A stretch of 64,000 nt of DNA from Alphaproteobacteria bacterium (GTDB lineage Bacteria; Pseudomonadota; Alphaproteobacteria; UBA8317), in NCBI GenBank assembly GCA_038131935.1, contig JAYPQH010000001.1, positions 35,545 to 99,544 of the forward strand, written 5' to 3'. Position numbers and translations under genes: made by a program. Positions 42,291-52,665 of the stretch are shown piece by piece. Every line of letters begins with the position of its first letter. Position 1 is the stretch's first letter. The notes beneath the pieces are model-generated. The model saw nothing but the letters and a program-made list of their open reading frames with translations. It had not been told where the DNA came from and ran no database searches.

Positions 42291-43658
42291 TCAACCAAAT
42301 TTAAAAGGCTGACGTACCAGAACACGAAGAAACGTTTTCACCCAAGGGGTAAGTTTTCTAGCTTGTCTCTGTCGCGCCATCATGGACAACAATTCAGCAT
42401 CACTAGGATAGGGAATAATTGGCTTCATCAACTCGGCCACTGACCTTTTTTTATTGATCAAGTCGTCAAGCCAAGGTGCCAAAAGCGATGCAGCAGGAAA
42501 CATGAGCGCTGCACCAAGAATGCGATCAGTACGTGGGCAAATATAGAGTTCAGCAAAAGATTTTCGACATTCTGTTAAGGCCCTATCTGACGGCCTTTCA
42601 GGCTGTAAGACCATATATGGCCTAGAACTCTCTTCAAGTTCATGGGGCATAGATCCTACGAGTAGTATTTCATCCTTTAAATAAATAGCCTGAGGCATTG
42701 AACCTCTCCGCCGAAGCCACGGCATTATGCCAAGTATATTTTTCAAGACCACTGAAGCTTCGTAGGCCGCAGCATGTGTGGACATGGGCGCGCCTGAAAC
42801 ATCTCCCACAGCAAAAAGCCATGGAAGTTTTCCAACCCGGAGAAGAGGGTCAACAAGAGGTGTTTTGCGCAATATATTTTGCAACCCCAAACCTTCCCAG
42901 GAAACTTCCCGCCCCATGGCTTCCAAAATATGTTCAACCTCACATGTTTGACCATTAGAGAGCTTTATTGTGAGAACTTCATCGGTTTGCTCAACATGGG
43001 TTACCTCTGTATTTTTCAGCAATTGAACACCCAGCCCCAATATGTAGTTGGTGAGATAATGTTTCAGTGAAGCTGATGAAGAACCAAGCAAATCTCCGCG
43101 ACATATCATGATAACCTCATGACCCATACCAACCAATGCTTCGGCCATTTCAAGCGCCATGGCACCACCACCCAAGATAGCAACTCGGCCACTCAATTGA
43201 CGCTCTTTGATGGCATTCCAGAAACTTTGGTTGTTCAACTTCTGTGGAATCTTCAGCCCATGACAGGCGCGATGGGTGCGTGGAGAGGAACCTGTTGCTA
43301 GGACAACATAGCGCCCACGAAAAACTTCACCAGATATGGTGGTGACCTCCCTCACCCCCGTTAGTCTTCCTTCACCCGCCACAACATGTATGCCCAATTG
43401 TTCAAATCGCGCTTGGCTATCATGTGGTTGGATACTGCTTATGGTCGATTGAATATGAGCATGGGTTTCTAACCATGGCCATCCATTTTTTGCCGCATGA
43501 AGTAAGCTTTTAGAGGGAATACAGCCAAAATGAAGACAGTCTCCGCCCATGGGCTGCGGAGCAATCAATGTTACGGAAAGACCCATATAAGCTGCACCGG
43601 CCGCTACAGAAAGCCCACCTGCGCCACCACCCAAGACCAGGACATCAACTTTTTTCAT
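42291..43658 (-). CDS. Pyridine nucleotide-disulfide oxidoreductase (Lpd/MerA-like, DedA-associated type)
   Basis: GGGAGG, GGDCLHFGCIPSK, ATGS, GGG...E, AVGD, PYPS. Confidence 0.85.
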   Translation of the reverse strand: MKKVDVLVLGGGAGGLSVAAGAAYMGLSVTLIAPQPMGGDCLHFGCIPSKSLLHAAKNGWPWLETHAHIQSTISSIQPHDSQARFEQLGIHVVAGEGRLTGVREVTTISGEVFRGRYVVLATGSSPRTHRACHGLKIPQKLNNQSFWNAIKERQLSGRVAILGGGAMALEMAEALVGMGHEVIMICRGDLLGSSSASLKHYLTNYILGLGVQLLKNTEVTHVEQTDEVLTIKLSNGQTCEVEHILEAMGREVSWEGLGLQNILRKTPLVDPLLRVGKLPWLFAVGDVSGAPMSTHAAAYEASVVLKNILGIMPWLRRRGSMPQAIYLKDEILLVGSMPHELEESSRPYMVLQPERPSDRALTECRKSFAELYICPRTDRILGAALMFPAASLLAPWLDDLINKKRSVAELMKPIIPYPSDAELLSMMARQRQARKLTPWVKTFLRVLVRQPFKFG

Positions 43659-44334
43659 GTGTTTTATCCCATTTTTTCATAATACCTTGTCCCAATTGTT
43701 GGCACAAAATGACAAAAGCCACCCCAACCCCTAACCATAACAAGCTATCCTGCTGTCCCGCCCAAATGCCCTCTACACCTTGAGCCACCAATATGAGCGC
43801 GACAGCTCCAGGAATAATTGCCAACATGCTTACCATGACAAAAATCCACCCCTTGATGGGTATAAAAGTTGGCAAAAGGTTCACCAAAACAAATGGAACA
43901 ATAGGTAATAAGCGCAGAATAATAAGCGTTCTTATGGGGGCATTGCTGAATACATTTGCCCATTTCATCATATATTGTTGCAACCGTTCTGTTTGCTTTT
44001 GGCTCATCAAGCACTTAGCCCAATACATATTCCCAACCAGTCCTAAGCCAACCGACAACAAGATCACAGCTAACGCCAGCCAAAAATCAAACATAAATCC
44101 TGCCAACAAACTGGCCATGGTGGCTAGGGGCAATGCACAGGTTACAATCAGTGCATAGGTGACAACAAAACCAAGTACGAAAAGATAAAAATACCCCTCC
44201 TTTATGACGACCAATTCTTCAAAAAGGTAACGTGATAACTTCAAAGGGTCGATAAATACGGCACCTAAAATCAGCAAGATAATAACAATGAAGAGGGGGA
44301 ATACTTTCCCAAAAGAGGTTACAATGTTGTTCAT
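43645..44334 (-). CDS. TVP38/DedA (VTT) membrane protein
   Basis: ALP...AGFMF, LRLLPIVPFVLVN, IIPG. Confidence 0.85.
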   Translation of the reverse strand: MNNIVTSFGKVFPLFIVIILLILGAVFIDPLKLSRYLFEELVVIKEGYFYLFVLGFVVTYALIVTCALPLATMASLLAGFMFDFWLALAVILLSVGLGLVGNMYWAKCLMSQKQTERLQQYMMKWANVFSNAPIRTLIILRLLPIVPFVLVNLLPTFIPIKGWIFVMVSMLAIIPGAVALILVAQGVEGIWAGQQDSLLWLGVGVAFVILCQQLGQGIMKKWDKTHEKS

Positions 44335-44441
44335 AGATACACAAAATGACCATTATTGGTGACGAATGCCTTGAGATTAGTTTAAAGGTGCTTCATGACC
44401 AATCCTAATGAAAAGTCAAACATAAGGACGCTACTGAACAT

Positions 44442-45053
44442 ATGACAATCCATCTTCATCACAATGATTTACCTGAACATTTGGAATTTGGCCCAATTCT
44501 AGCGATTGATACAGAAGCCATGGGGCTAAAAGATGGCAGAGATCGACTTTGTGTCGTACAACTGAGCGATGGTAATGGTGAAGCCCATTTGGTCAGATTT
44601 TCACCAGGGCATTATGCTGCCCCTCATCTGAGTAGGTTGCTTTCAGACCCACAGAAATTAAAATTATTGCACTATGCACGTTTTGATATGGCCATCATCA
44701 AGCGTTATCTCAATATTATGTTGCAACCTGTATATTGCACAAAAATAGCTTCAAAAATTGCAAGGACTTACACAGATCGGCATGGGTTGAAAGAACTCGC
44801 GCGTGAAATCGGTGGTGTGGAGATATCTAAGCAACAACAATCATCAGATTGGGGTGCTGAAGAACTGACCGAAGCTCAATGCCAGTATGCTGCAAATGAC
44901 GTCCTTCATCTGCATGCCATTCATGCAGGACTCGAGGCCATGCTAAAACGAGAAGGTAGACAACATTTGCTTGATCCATGTCTGTCTTTTCTGCCACATC
45001 GCGTAGAACTAGACTTGGCGGGGTGGAATGACCATGACATCTTCAGTCACTGA
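44442..45053 (+). CDS. rnd: Ribonuclease D (short 3'-5' exonuclease)
   Basis: IDTEAMGL, RDRLC, HYARFD, SKQQQSSDWG, YAANDV, DIFSH. Confidence 0.92.
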   Translation: MTIHLHHNDLPEHLEFGPILAIDTEAMGLKDGRDRLCVVQLSDGNGEAHLVRFSPGHYAAPHLSRLLSDPQKLKLLHYARFDMAIIKRYLNIMLQPVYCTKIASKIARTYTDRHGLKELAREIGGVEISKQQQSSDWGAEELTEAQCQYAANDVLHLHAIHAGLEAMLKREGRQHLLDPCLSFLPHRVELDLAGWNDHDIFSH

Positions 45054-45999
45054 CCAAGATATTCAAGCAGGCCGAGAAACCATATCCATAGAGACTCATG
45101 GCCTGGAAGCTCTTGCAAAAAGCCTGGATCAAAACTTCTCACAAGCCATTGCGTTAATACTTGGATTGAAGGGAAGGCTGATTGTTACGGGAATGGGTAA
45201 AAGTGGTCACGTGGGCTCAAAAATTGCAGCAACTCTTGCATCAACAGGACAACCTGCATTTTTTGTTCATCCTGCAGAGGCTAGCCATGGAGATCTTGGC
45301 ATGCTGGGCCGAGAAGATGGTCTGCTGGCGCTTTCAAATTCTGGAGAAACCAAAGAACTTAAGGATATTCTAGCGCATGCTAAACGCTTGACCATTCCAC
45401 TCATCACCATCACCAGCAAATCAACATCCACCATGTCATTAATGGCAGATTGCTCACTTGTATTGCCACAAGCACCAGAGGCATGTCCCCATGACTTAGC
45501 CCCCACAACGTCAACAACGATGAGTATGGCACTGGGCGATGCATTGGCGATAGCGCTCATGCGTCGGCGGACCTTTGCTGCTGAAGAATTTCATGCCCTG
45601 CATCCTGGTGGCCGTCTAGGTCTTCAATTCGTAACCATAGCTGACATCATGCACGCAGATCAGCACATCCCAAAAGTAACCGAGCATGCGAATATCCATG
45701 AGGTGGTCGCAGAAATCAACGCGAAATCTATGGGATGTACGTTGGTGATGCGCAACAATGAATGCGTAGGGATTATTACAGATGGAGACCTCAGACGGCA
45801 TATCACAGCGCCTTTGTCATCCATGACCGCCTCCGATATCATGACTGAAAACCCCATAGGACTGCCATCCCATGCGCCCGCCGTGCAAGCATTGGCTTTG
45901 ATGGAAGAGCGATCGATCACTACCATCTTGGTGTTACAAGATCAGAATGTTGTAGGCTTGCTGCATATTCATGATTGTCTAAGAGCAGGATTGAAATAA
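45028..45999 (+). CDS. kdsD: Arabinose-5-phosphate isomerase (KpsF/GutQ)
   Basis: GMGKSGH, HPAEASHGDLG, APTTST, HPGG, CBS pair. Confidence 0.93.
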   Translation: MTMTSSVTDQDIQAGRETISIETHGLEALAKSLDQNFSQAIALILGLKGRLIVTGMGKSGHVGSKIAATLASTGQPAFFVHPAEASHGDLGMLGREDGLLALSNSGETKELKDILAHAKRLTIPLITITSKSTSTMSLMADCSLVLPQAPEACPHDLAPTTSTTMSMALGDALAIALMRRRTFAAEEFHALHPGGRLGLQFVTIADIMHADQHIPKVTEHANIHEVVAEINAKSMGCTLVMRNNECVGIITDGDLRRHITAPLSSMTASDIMTENPIGLPSHAPAVQALALMEERSITTILVLQDQNVVGLLHIHDCLRAGLK

Positions 46000-46001
46000 G
46001 C

Positions 46002-46625
46002 ATGATACGGGATGAGCCATCAAACGAACGTCAACATGCGGCATTCCAAGATAGGCAAAGATCAGAACTTGCAAAAAAATTCCATCAGCAAAGAATTCGC
46101 CGATTAAATTGGGCACTAGCCTCAATTTTTGGAAGTATTACGGTCTTGTCCTTGATCTTTTACGAGGGCCAAACGGTTGTTGGAAATTTAGATCGTATGA
46201 TTGGCAGCGTTTTGTTGGAAGAACCTGTCTATCAAGGTCTGGATGCTCAGGGAAATCCCTTCGAAATTTCTGCAAAAACAGCTTACCCTGACGCCATCAA
46301 TCCTAACAATGTTGACCTCCAAAATGTGTATGGTTCATTTACAACACCCCAGGGCAATCCCCTCACATTCCAAGCAGAAAAAGGGTTTTTATCTCTTGCT
46401 GACAACAAATTCCAATTAGAGCATAATATTATTGTTGAGGGAGAAAATGGTTTTCAAGCGTCTGCAGAACATTTACAAACGGATGTTGACCACTCAAAAT
46501 TGACATTGACAGGGTCTGTATCAATTGCCAGCCAATTAGGCTACATATCTGCACAAACAGCGGTTTTTAATAAGAAAAAAAAGACCGCCTCATTTGAAGG
46601 CTCGGTTCGGTTTTTGATCAATTGA
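46002..46625 (+). CDS. lptC: LPS export protein LptC
   Basis: Single TM then PVYQGLDAQGNPFEISA beta-jellyroll; position between kdsD and lptA. Confidence 0.75.
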   Translation: MIRDEPSNERQHAAFQDRQRSELAKKFHQQRIRRLNWALASIFGSITVLSLIFYEGQTVVGNLDRMIGSVLLEEPVYQGLDAQGNPFEISAKTAYPDAINPNNVDLQNVYGSFTTPQGNPLTFQAEKGFLSLADNKFQLEHNIIVEGENGFQASAEHLQTDVDHSKLTLTGSVSIASQLGYISAQTAVFNKKKKTASFEGSVRFLIN

Positions 46626-46651
46626 ACCAATAGATGGAGAGAGGTTGACAT

Positions 46652-47179
46652 ATGATTTCAAGATACCTGTTGATCAGTGCCCTTATCTACTTTGTACCTT
46701 CTTACGGATACACCCAGCTCCCCATGGCCCAAACAGGAGAGCCCATAGAAGTTTTGTCAGATAAGTTAGAATATTTTGACGATAACAAACATGCGGTTTT
46801 TCAAGGGAACGTACTTGCAAAACAGGGAACCTCAGAAATTTATTGTCAAAAACTAGAAGTTTTTTATGAAGCCATAAATGGCGAAAATAAGCTTAAAAGA
46901 ATGATCGCAGAGACAGATGTCTTGATCGTGACCCAAACTGGTGAAGAAGCCGTAGCGCAAAAAGCTGAGTACAGGCCTGAAACATCCCAAATTATTCTCA
47001 CGGGGCAAGTCGTACTGAAACAGGCAAAAAACATTATATCAGGACCAAAAGTTGTGATTGATACAACGACCGGGCGTGCACAGGTTGTGGGAAAAGAAGG
47101 CCAACGGGTAAGGACATTATTGACCCAAGATCCATCCTCAAAGCCCTCAAAACAGAAAGACGAGAAGATACAAAAGTGA
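46652..47179 (+). CDS. lptA: LPS transport periplasmic protein LptA
   Basis: Signal peptide, PIEVLSD, FQGNV..QG, LTGQV. Confidence 0.85.
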   Translation: MISRYLLISALIYFVPSYGYTQLPMAQTGEPIEVLSDKLEYFDDNKHAVFQGNVLAKQGTSEIYCQKLEVFYEAINGENKLKRMIAETDVLIVTQTGEEAVAQKAEYRPETSQIILTGQVVLKQAKNIISGPKVVIDTTTGRAQVVGKEGQRVRTLLTQDPSSKPSKQKDEKIQK

Positions 47180-47916
47180 CGTCAAACTTCGAAATCCAAG
47201 GCCTTGAGGCACGGCAATTAGGCAAAAGTTATCGTAACCGGCCTGTAGTGAGAGATGTTTCTATAAGCCTAAAACGTGGCGAGGCTGTGGGACTCTTAGG
47301 GCCAAACGGAGCAGGAAAAACAACCTGCTTTTATATGATATGTGGCTTGATTATGACAGACCGTGGGCGCGTATTTTTGGAAGGAACAGATATTACGAGC
47401 TTGCCCATGCATGCAAGAGCACATTTAGGGATTGGATACCTTCCTCAAGAGGCCTCTATTTTTCGAGGCCTTACGGTTGGTGAAAATATTCTGGCAGTGC
47501 TAGAGCTAACTGATAAAAAAAAGTCTGAACGGCAAGAGCACTTGGAAATTTTGCTTGAAGAGTTTCGCATCACCCACTTGCGTCATACACCAGCCATTGC
47601 ATTGTCTGGTGGAGAGAGGCGTCGACTAGAAATTGCCCGAGCACTCGCAACAGAACCTGGATATATTCTTCTCGATGAGCCATTTGCTGGCATTGACCCT
47701 ATTGCAGTTGGAGGTATCCAAGAGCTTGTGGCACAACTGACAGAACGCAATATTGGCGTTTTGATTACAGATCACAATGTCCGAGAAACCCTCAATTTAA
47801 TCGATAGAGCCTATATCATGCATGATGGACAGGTTCTGCATGAAGGTTCAGCTGAATCCGTTATCAACAACCACGATGTTCGTCGCGTTTATTTAGGAGA
47901 TAGATTCACGCTTTAA
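47176..47916 (+). CDS. lptB: LPS export ATPase
   Basis: GPNGAGKTT, YLPQEASIF, LSGGERRR, DEPFAGIDP, TDHNVRETL. Confidence 0.96.
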   Translation: MTSNFEIQGLEARQLGKSYRNRPVVRDVSISLKRGEAVGLLGPNGAGKTTCFYMICGLIMTDRGRVFLEGTDITSLPMHARAHLGIGYLPQEASIFRGLTVGENILAVLELTDKKKSERQEHLEILLEEFRITHLRHTPAIALSGGERRRLEIARALATEPGYILLDEPFAGIDPIAVGGIQELVAQLTERNIGVLITDHNVRETLNLIDRAYIMHDGQVLHEGSAESVINNHDVRRVYLGDRFTL

Positions 47917-47974
47917 CTTGCACATAGCTAGGGTCGTGCTGCATTGTTGAAACTCACAATGAGAGGAGTACATC

Positions 47975-48545
47975 ATGGATATTACCATTAGCGGTAAAAA
48001 TATGGAAACCGGTGACGCGCTCAAGCAACATGTGCAAGACAGCATTCTTGCTATGGTTGAAAAAATATTTTGAACGGGCCACTAATGCACAAGTGGTTTT
48101 CACAATGGAAGGAAGTCGCGTCACGGCAGATTGTCACATCCATCTTCCAACGGGACTTTTTCTCAATTCTAGCCATACCGCTCACGATGCCTATCCCAGT
48201 TTTGACCAAGCCGTTGAAAAACTTGACAAACAATTACGACGCTACAAGAGAAGGTTGAAGAAGCATCACCATGATCGTGAAGAAGAACTTGCCCGTTTTG
48301 CTGCCCAATATCACGTTTTGGATACCACGAATGATGAAACAGATGAAAATGAGGGCTTTGATCCTCTGATTGTTGCTGATATGGAAGTGCAAATTATGGA
48401 ATTGACCGTTGGGGAGGCTGTGATGCAATTGGAACTGTCTTCTAAACCGGCTTTGATGTTCAGAAACGCTGGCCATGGTGGCTTAAATATGGTTTACCGT
48501 CGGGATGATGGACATGTGGGATGGGTCGATCCAAAAGAGCATTAA
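47975..48545 (+). CDS. hpf: Long ribosome hibernation factor; extra A in A run near 48062
   Basis: MDITISGKNMETGDAL then KYFE...KQLRRYKRRL...AVMQLE...YRRDDGHVGWVDP. Confidence 0.92.
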
Positions 48546-48566
48546 CAACAAGAGGCATCTGTAGGC

Positions 48567-49034
48567 ATGATTGCTTTCGATGAAATAGTACCTGCTAAAG
48601 CGGTGTTTGCTGGTTTACATGTAACGAGTAAAAAACAACTCCTTCAAGAGCTGGCTGAAAAAGCCTCCGCACTATTTGACTTAGATAGAAGGGTGCTTTT
48701 TGAAACCTTGCTGGAGCGTGAGCGGTTAGGTAGTACAGGCGTGGGTAATGGCGTTGCCATTCCCCATGGCAAAGTCGCAAAACTACCCCACGTTGTAGGT
48801 ATGTTTGTTACGCTCTCTGAGCCAGTAGATTTTGATGCGGTAGACGATAGGCATGTTGATCTCATCTTCTTACTACTGGCACCAGAGAACGCAGGGGCCG
48901 ACCATCTCCGTGCACTTGCGCGTGTTTCTAGACTTTTACGCGACAGGGAGCATTGTGAAAAATTACGCGGTGCAGAAACTGCAGACGCCGTGCACGCCTT
49001 AATCAATCAACCTTTGGCTACAGAAGCTGCTTGA
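48567..49034 (+). CDS. ptsN: PTS IIA-Ntr
   Basis: ERERLGSTGVGNGVAIPHG, GADHLRALA. Confidence 0.95.
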   Translation: MIAFDEIVPAKAVFAGLHVTSKKQLLQELAEKASALFDLDRRVLFETLLERERLGSTGVGNGVAIPHGKVAKLPHVVGMFVTLSEPVDFDAVDDRHVDLIFLLLAPENAGADHLRALARVSRLLRDREHCEKLRGAETADAVHALINQPLATEAA

Positions 49035-49060
49035 TGTTGTTGGCCATTTGAGAATGTAAA

Positions 49061-49279
49061 GAAAATGGCTACAACAAGCGCTTCAATGGCACGTTACGCA
49101 ATGAAGTGCTCAACGCAGAATGGTTCCACACTATCCATCAAGCGCAAACTGCAATCAATGTATGGCTCCGCCAATACAATCACATCAGACCACATCATGG
49201 ACTAAATATGCGTCCACCCGTACCTGAAACGCTAATAGAGAAAACGAAAATTAGTGGTACAAAAAATTGGGGCTAGACA
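49061..49279 (+). mobile_element. IS3-family remnant: transposase C-terminus and right end
   Basis: Manual translation ENGYNKRFNGTLRNEVLNAEWF...WLRQYNHIRPHHGLNMRPP; ends ...GGGGCTAGACA with terminal CA. Confidence 0.85.
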
Positions 49280-49331
49280 GGGTCCCGATATCCAGATCGA
49301 CTGAATTGTTATTTCCGTTCTTCCTGCTCAT
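49280..49331 (-). pseudogene. Truncated gene start, probably type I R-M HsdM N-terminus, cut by IS3
   Basis: ATGA-coupled to XRE gene; MSRKNGNNNSVDLDIGT(L) resembles the HsdM LD..TLE.WLW start; stops at the IS end. Confidence 0.45.
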
Positions 49332-49579
49332 TCAGCTTGATCCTGTCTCGATTTATCGGAAGATTCGCCGGAAGACGGATCGATCTTCTTCTGTTTACAA
49401 AACTGCTCGAACTGCCGCTGAGCCAGCTTCGACGGCACCGTCTTGCCGTTCTCCCAGCGGTTGACCGTGGCGAAGCTCACCCCAAGGGCGTGGGCCAGCT
49501 CTTCCTGGGAGAGCGCCAACTGCCGCCGGACCTCCTTGACCGTTTCCGGGAAATTTTCGGGTTGGCGGATCATGGCCAT
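49328..49579 (-). CDS. XRE/Cro HTH regulator in GC-rich foreign segment
   Basis: VKEVRRQLALSQEELAHALGVSFATVNRWENGKTVPS; GC-rich codons unlike neighbours. Confidence 0.88.
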   Translation of the reverse strand: MAMIRQPENFPETVKEVRRQLALSQEELAHALGVSFATVNRWENGKTVPSKLAQRQFEQFCKQKKIDPSSGESSDKSRQDQAE

Positions 49580-49703
49580 TGGACATCTCCCGCTGATTGC
49601 ATCAGCCGCAGGAATCCGGGTGCGACAAGTTTCCCGAAAAGGGAGTGATCGGGTCGGTAGCACCGACACCCTGAAAGCGACGTAAGTCGCTGACAATACG
49701 CAG

Positions 49704-49746
49704 AAAAAAAACCCGCCCATTAACCGGACGCGGTTAGTGGACGGGT
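49704..49746 (-). terminator. Long hairpin terminator after tRNA-Ala
   Basis: ACCCGTCCACTAACC-GCGTCC-GGTTAATGGGCGGGT then T run. Confidence 0.75.
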
Positions 49747-49760
49747 CTGTCTTTTTCAAA

Positions 49761-49836
<76 letters not shown>

Positions 49837-49890
49837 TGATTATTTCAAGTACCCAAGGGTAATACACAAATTCTGACGAGGTTGACAATA

Positions 49891-50337
49891 TTACCTGGTC
49901 TCGTCCTCATCAAATTCGTCATCAAGGTCGTCATCGACACCGACATCATCATCATCATCATCGATTAATACGTCATCATCATCGTCTAGATCACTGTCGT
50001 CAGCGCCAACATTGATATCATCACCAATATCATCATCATCGTCATCATCCCCACCTGATACAGGCATGACGGCGTCGTCGGCAGAAATCTCTTTAATGGC
50101 TTCAGCATCATCTTCATCTTCGTCTTCGTCGGTCTCTACACCATCAAATTCAACATCTTCATTGTTGTCATCTTGATCAACTTCCAAAGGACGTCCACGC
50201 CTTGAGCGAAGCAGAAGCTCAGGGGTAAATGTTTGCGCACATGAAGGGCATGTAAGCGGCTGCTCATGATTAAAATCATAAAATTTTACACTACAGGTTG
50301 GGCAAACACGCTTTGTTCCCCACTCAGGATTTACCAT
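49891..50337 (-). CDS. TIGR02300 / FYDLN-acid family protein
   Basis: WGTKRVCPTCSVKFYDFN...CPSC then Asp/Glu-rich tail; beside aroA and tRNA-Ala. Confidence 0.9.
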   Translation of the reverse strand: MVNPEWGTKRVCPTCSVKFYDFNHEQPLTCPSCAQTFTPELLLRSRRGRPLEVDQDDNNEDVEFDGVETDEDEDEDDAEAIKEISADDAVMPVSGGDDDDDDDIGDDINVGADDSDLDDDDDVLIDDDDDDVGVDDDLDDEFDEDETR

Positions 50338-50566
50338 TCAAATTCTCCACCATCATCATGGCTCTATTAATCATGAACCATGTGCTTTGCCAAATTGTTT
50401 ATTGCTCTTTTAAATCTGACCTAAAGCGTTGTCGTTTTCTTGTGAAGAGCAATTGTTTTACATATTAAGAGCGGGCATTTGCCACGTTGAAAGCAAACTG
50501 TCAAAAGAAACGAAATTTTTTCCTGCGAAACCCTATCCATTCGTTGAGACATACTGAGGAAATATC

Positions 50567-51895
50567 ATGGCACAAACAAAACCCATACCTATGATTAGTA
50601 AGAAATCTCAACAACTTGAGGGAATTATTGATGTACCAAGCGACAAATCCATGTCTCATCGCGCATTTATGCTGTCAGCATTAGCAGTGGGGGAAAGCTA
50701 CATCTCAAATGCACTCACCGCTGAAGATGTTACAGCAACACGCCATGCTATGTCTTGTTTTGGCGCCAGGATAACAAAAATCGACCCGTTGACATGGGCG
50801 GTTCAAGGCGTGGGCATGCTAGAGGAACCCAAAATTGCCTTAGACTTTGGCAATGCAGGCACAGGCTCAAGGCTTACCATGGGAATGATGGCCTCAACCC
50901 CCATCAGCGCTACATTTGTTGGGGACGCATCGTTACATAAGAGGCCTATGCAGCGAATTCTTGACCCATTGCATCGTCTTGGGGCTTCATCTCTCTCGCG
51001 TCATGGGCATCGATTGCCCCTGACCTTGCGAGGAACTGATCAAGGATTAGCTTTACAGCACAAACCTTCTGTAGCATCGGCTCAGGTGAAATCAGCCATC
51101 CTATTAGCAGCACTCAACATAAAAGGTCGAACGGAAATCATTGAAACTGCACCCACAAGAGACCATACAGAAAAAATGCTATTGGGTGCTCGCGTGGACG
51201 TTCAAACTGACCGTAAAAACCCCCAACACCCTGTTGTTTCAATCGTGGGGCCGCAAGCACCAAAACCTCAAAAATGGGTTATCCCAGCAGATCCCTCCTC
51301 AGCTGCTTTTCCTCTTGTCGCAGCATTATGTGTGCCGGGGTCAGAAGTAACCATCAAACAAGTTATGCTCAACCCACACCGAACCGGGTTGTTCACATGC
51401 CTTGAGGAAATGGGAGCAGACTTGACTTATGCCAATCACCAGGTGGTTGGGGGCGAAGAGGTTGCGGATATTACTGCTCGATACAGTAAACTCCAAGCTA
51501 TAGACATCTCGGAGTCCCGAGCACCTTCCATGATTGATGAGTACCCTATTCTCGCCATGGCAGCAGCACAGGCTGAAGGCGTTACCATTATGCGCGGGCT
51601 GCATGAGTTACGGGTGAAAGAGTCAGACAGACTACAAATTGTCCACGACCACCTCAAAGATGCTGGTGTTACATGTAAAATAGTTGGAGATGATCTCCAT
51701 GTCACAGGCGGCAAAATACAAGGAGGGATCAAAATTGATACCCATTTGGATCATCGCATTGCCATGAGTTTTTTTGTACTTGGGTTGTTTGCAGAGAATG
51801 ATATCTTAATTGATGACATGCGAACCGCAGAAACAAGCTTTCCTGGTTTCGCTCAGATCATGAGTCAATTGGGTGCGTCATGCGAGGCATGCTGA
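50567..51895 (+). CDS. aroA: EPSP synthase (class II)
   Basis: DKSMSHR, FGNAGTG, SAQVKSA, RDHTE, NPHR, RVKESDR, DHRIAM. Confidence 0.96.
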   Translation: MAQTKPIPMISKKSQQLEGIIDVPSDKSMSHRAFMLSALAVGESYISNALTAEDVTATRHAMSCFGARITKIDPLTWAVQGVGMLEEPKIALDFGNAGTGSRLTMGMMASTPISATFVGDASLHKRPMQRILDPLHRLGASSLSRHGHRLPLTLRGTDQGLALQHKPSVASAQVKSAILLAALNIKGRTEIIETAPTRDHTEKMLLGARVDVQTDRKNPQHPVVSIVGPQAPKPQKWVIPADPSSAAFPLVAALCVPGSEVTIKQVMLNPHRTGLFTCLEEMGADLTYANHQVVGGEEVADITARYSKLQAIDISESRAPSMIDEYPILAMAAAQAEGVTIMRGLHELRVKESDRLQIVHDHLKDAGVTCKIVGDDLHVTGGKIQGGIKIDTHLDHRIAMSFFVLGLFAENDILIDDMRTAETSFPGFAQIMSQLGASCEAC

Positions 51896-52529
51896 ATCTT
51901 CAAATTGCCATCGATGGTCCCGCAGCATCTGGCAAAGGTACCATCGCCAAAAATGTGAGCAAAATTCTTGGGTTCCATTACCTTGACACAGGACTACTTT
52001 ACCGCGGCATTGCTTGGCTTGCACTCAACGCTCAAATTGACTTGGATGATGTACAGAATATTTTGCCGCTTGTAGCACAACTCGAACCAAATAATTTAGA
52101 CAACACTCTTCTGAGCCAACATCACATCGGGTCTGCAGCATCACAAATTGCCATTCACCCCCCGTACGGTCATCTTTACTTACATGGCAACGAGATTTTG
52201 CTGAACAAATGCCAGGAGCCATCTTGGATGGTCGTGATATAGGTACTGTTGTGCTTCCAGATGCACCCATCAAAATATTTGTTACAGCGCATCTTGAGGT
52301 ACGAGCACAACGTCGATATCTTGATGTATCCCGCACGCAGCCGGACATTCAATTTGATGATATCATGAAAGACTTGGCTGCTAGAGACAAACGCGATCAA
52401 GAGCGCGCTGAAGCCCCCCTAAAACCTGCACACGATGCCATCTTGCTCGATACCACAAGCTCAAGTATAGACCAGTCTGTCGATCATGTTTTGGATCTTG
52501 TCAGCCGCTATCGGGAACAAACGAATTGA
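51889..52529 (+). CDS. cmk: Cytidylate kinase; missing C in C run near 52160
   Basis: IDGPAASGKGT, LDTGLLYR, then LDGRDIGT, RDKRD in the next frame. Confidence 0.92.
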
Positions 52530-52637
52530 TTCGTTTGCCTGCGGATGAGTTTTGCTCTTTTCGTATCGCGTTCACCTTTTAAAACTTAGGTGCTCGAAAA
52601 AGGGACAGGAGACATTCATGGTTAACATGATGATGGT

Positions 52638-52665
52638 AAAGACCGCTGGATACAACCAGCTGGCC
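52638..52665 (+). promoter_or_regulatory. Putative rpsA leader hairpin
   Basis: AAGACC-GCTGG-ATACAA-CCAGC-TGGCC about 30 nt before the start codon. Confidence 0.5.

Noticed and set aside
42291-43658. Mercuric reductase MerA
   Set aside because: No C-terminal Cys-Cys, no NmerA domain, no mer genes.
49900-50170. (TCA/TCG)n trinucleotide runs as microsatellite or array
   Set aside because: They encode the Asp/Glu tail normal for TIGR02300 proteins.
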